Source: Rhodoferax sp.
GTDB lineage: Bacteria > Pseudomonadota > Gammaproteobacteria > Burkholderiales > Burkholderiaceae_C
Direction of reading: 5' to 3'
Length of the DNA: 63,158 nt
NCBI GenBank assembly: GCA_026224975.1
Contig: JAMFRW010000348.1
Span: 1-63,158 of the forward strand
Of this stretch, positions 60,710-63,158 are shown one piece after another. Below the pieces are notes generated by a model. That model was given only the letters and a program-made list of their open reading frames with translations. It did not search any database and had not been told where the DNA came from. The position numbers and the translations under genes were made by a program. Position 1 is the first letter of the stretch. Every line of letters starts with the position of its first letter.

Positions 60710-62026
60710 TCAACGCGGCAGTGTTGGGCTGCGCGCTTTCTGATCCGCATCCGTCAAGGTCCTCAAGAACGCCACCACATCCCGAATTTCCGCCTCGCTC
60801 AACGCCGGTGGCTCGCCGACCTTGCCACCGAAGGGTGCATCGGTGTTGACGTTGGCGTGGTACTGCGCAGGCAGGTCGTCGAAGCGCTTGGGCTGGCCGT
60901 TCTTCTCACGGCCGTACCAGCGCGCCGGGTCGGTGTCGCGTTGTACGTAGAAGCGCACGGCCTCGTCGAGGCTGTGGACCGCGCCGTTGTGGAAGAAGCT
61001 CTGGCGGACGGCGACGTTGCGGAGCGTCGGGGTGCGAAAGCGGCCGCAGTAGTCGGCGCGGGCGAGGTAGTCGGTGCGCAGCGGGCCGCAGAGGCCGAGG
61101 TCTGCGTACTGCCGGTCGCGGTTGGCGGCGATGTGGCGGTTGCGGGGCACGCCGATGGCGATGTGGCCGAAATCGGTGAAGAGGGGAACGGCGCCATCGA
61201 GCGTGGGTTCGCTCAGGTGGCAGGCGGCGCAGTTGCCTTTGGCCGCATCGTTGAAGAGCGCGAGGCCGCGCGCTTCCTGCTGCGTCAACGTGGCCTGGCC
61301 GCGCAGCACCGCGTCGTAGCGGCTGGTGTAAGGGTAGAAGTCGGCGGGTGATTGCTGGAAAACTTCGAGTGCCATCAGGGCGCTGTCGAAGGCGCGTGAT
61401 GTTTCGTCGAACACATCGTGGCCGAAGGTCGCGCGGAACTCGTTCGCGTAGGTGCTGCGGCGCAGTTTGCTGACGACGGCTTCCGCACTGGCGTTGCCCA
61501 TCTCGCTGGCCGAGAGCAGCGGCAGGCGGGCCTGGTCGTGGGCCGAATCGGCCCGGCCGTCCCAGGTGCGGCCACCGGTGGGGCCGGCATCGATGCTGTC
61601 GTCGCCTTCGTTTTCGTGGTGATGCTCGGTGAAGGCGGGCACGGTCTGCAGGTAGCGCAGCGACGGCGCGGCGCGTGTGCCGAGGCGGCTGCGCAGGTCG
61701 GCGCCGCCGGGCTGGACGGGCAGTGCATTCGGCGGGCCGTAGGCGTGGCGCGGGTCGTGGCAACTCGCGCAGGAGACGCGGCCCGAGGCCGACAGCGAGG
61801 CATCGAAGAACATCGCGCGGCCCAGCGTGGTGAGCTGCGCGACGGTCGGGCGCGTGCGGCCGGGCGCGGGCGGTGCATAAGGCGCGCCGAGGTGGGCCGG
61901 CGGCGTGTTGCCGGCCGCGTTCGCCAGTGGCGTGGGCCACATCCAAAAGGCGCACGCCGACACCGCCAACAGCGCGAGGGCGATCGGCCGAACGGTGCAA
62001 TCACGGATGGCTCTGCGGGGCAGCAT
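60710..62026 (-). CDS. Diheme cytochrome c peroxidase family (MauG/BthA-like), exported
   Basis: LG..MFFD..LS..G..SCASCH, WDGR, GNCAACH, FRTPTLRNV, FHNG, VAFL.TLTD. Confidence 0.92.
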   Translation of the reverse strand: MLPRRAIRDCTVRPIALALLAVSACAFWMWPTPLANAAGNTPPAHLGAPYAPPAPGRTRPTVAQLTTLGRAMFFDASLSASGRVSCASCHDPRHAYGPPNALPVQPGGADLRSRLGTRAAPSLRYLQTVPAFTEHHHENEGDDSIDAGPTGGRTWDGRADSAHDQARLPLLSASEMGNASAEAVVSKLRRSTYANEFRATFGHDVFDETSRAFDSALMALEVFQQSPADFYPYTSRYDAVLRGQATLTQQEARGLALFNDAAKGNCAACHLSEPTLDGAVPLFTDFGHIAIGVPRNRHIAANRDRQYADLGLCGPLRTDYLARADYCGRFRTPTLRNVAVRQSFFHNGAVHSLDEAVRFYVQRDTDPARWYGREKNGQPKRFDDLPAQYHANVNTDAPFGGKVGEPPALSEAEIRDVVAFLRTLTDADQKARSPTLPR

Positions 62027-62069
62027 GGTGGAACAATACCCGACCTCCCGCGGACCACAGGCGACGACG

Positions 62070-63158
62070 ATGAAACCAGCTACGACGACTCTTTCTGTGC
62101 TTTCCGCGCTGCTCACGGCCTGCGCTACCGCACCGGCTACAGATGCCTCTGGCATGACGCGCGGCACGGTCTTTGGTGTGACGAATGCCAAGGCGTGCCT
62201 CGACCACAACGGCAACGCGCGTTGCGACGACGGCGAGCCGGCCACCGCCGCCGACGCGAACGGCGCCTTCGCCCTGCCCGGTGCCGGTGCCGTGATCGCC
62301 GAAGCCGCCACGCCGTATGGCCCCGTCGTGCTGCGTGCGCCGGCCGGCAGTGGCACCATCATCAGCCCCATCACCACCGAACTCGCCGCCCGCATGGAGG
62401 CCGATGGCAACTCGCTCGCCAAAGCCCGCGCCGCGCTGGCGCAGCGCATCGGTGTGCCCGAAGCGCGCCTGCTCGATGCGCCGGACACCGCCACCGATGC
62501 CAGCACGCAAACCGCGCTCCGAACCGAAACCGCGCAACTGCTGCCGCGCATAGCCGCTGCAGTCGCCACGGCCGGCGCCACCGGTGACCGCGTGAAAGCG
62601 CTGCGCACCCGGCTCGCACTCGACGCGATCGAAACCGTCGTGGTGATCTTTGCGGAGAACCGCGCCTTCGACAACCTCTACGGCCTCTACCCCGGCGCCA
62701 ACGGCATCCCGGGCAAGAACACCAGCTCGCGCGGTGGCTACGAGCCGCAGAAGGATTTCGATGGCGCGGTGCTGCCCGTGCTGCCGCCGGCCTGGGGCGG
62801 GCTCACGGCCGGTGGCCAACCGGTGACGGTGACGCAGGCGCAATCGGCCGGGCTGCCCAACCAGCCTTTCCAGATCGACAGCGCGCAAGGCATCGGCGAG
62901 AGCCAGGTGGTGGTGCCTTCGACCATCATCACGCGCGACCTGGTGCACCGCTACTACAACAACATCATGCAGATCAACGGCGGGCGCAACGACCGCTTCG
63001 CCGCGTACTCGGATGCCGGCGGCCTGAGCATGGGCTACTACGACGGCAGCCACATGCAGCTCTGGAAGCTGGCGCAGCAATACACGCTGGCCGACAACTT
63101 CTTCATGGGCGCGTTCGGCGGCTCCTACCTCAACCACCAGTACCTGATCTGCGCCTGC
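62070..63158 (+). CDS. AcpA-type acid phosphatase/phosphoesterase lipoprotein (runs off the window)
   Basis: Lipobox LTAC; VVIFAENRAFDNLYG, RDLVHRYY, QINGG.ND, MGYYD, LADNFFMGAFGGSYLNHQYLICAC. Confidence 0.9.
   Translation, partial: MKPATTTLSVLSALLTACATAPATDASGMTRGTVFGVTNAKACLDHNGNARCDDGEPATAADANGAFALPGAGAVIAEAATPYGPVVLRAPAGSGTIISPITTELAARMEADGNSLAKARAALAQRIGVPEARLLDAPDTATDASTQTALRTETAQLLPRIAAAVATAGATGDRVKALRTRLALDAIETVVVIFAENRAFDNLYGLYPGANGIPGKNTSSRGGYEPQKDFDGAVLPVLPPAWGGLTAGGQPVTVTQAQSAGLPNQPFQIDSAQGIGESQVVVPSTIITRDLVHRYYNNIMQINGGRNDRFAAYSDAGGLSMGYYDGSHMQLWKLAQQYTLADNFFMGAFGGSYLNHQYLICAC

Noticed and set aside
60710-62674. 654-aa version of the peroxidase
   Set aside because: The extension overlaps the divergent phosphatase gene; a signal peptide follows Met at 62026

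Overview
GC-rich chromosomal DNA, most likely betaproteobacterial (Burkholderiales-like, judged from gene content), starting at the 3' end of gyrB. About 55 genes. I see no rRNA, tRNA, CRISPR array, prophage or transposase. Main blocks: (1) 0.3-10.6 kb: glycosyltransferase/TetR pair, a frameshifted PAS hybrid kinase with a REC-PAS-GGDEF-EAL partner, MerR regulator, SDR and cupin dioxygenase. (2) 12-17 kb: a GH19 lysozyme with a histone-H1-like tail, and an unusual STAND-like NTPase-TM-TAXI fusion followed by an OmpA-domain gene. (3) 19-37.4 kb: a nicotinamide/nicotinate locus (pncB, TetR, Mo-hydroxylase, 6-hydroxynicotinate reductase, UPF0280, DUF1185, pncA, ABC importer). It has no enamidase and instead ends in an ATP-dependent hydantoinase/oxoprolinase pair, the best candidate here for an undescribed pathway variant. 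(4) Two toxin-antitoxin pairs, one with a frameshifted toxin, and a Ser/Thr kinase-OmpA lipoprotein pair. (5) A glrK-qseG-glrR-like system followed by a glmY-type promoter (three TGTC-N10-GACA-like boxes, IHF site, perfect sigma54 -24/-12) that here lies upstream of a structured leader and opgG-opgH. (6) NERD-helicase and a divergent diheme peroxidase/AcpA phosphatase pair. Several small palindromic repeat families sit between and inside genes, and two mini-ORFs bridge gene junctions. All family calls come from motif recognition by eye; no searches were run.
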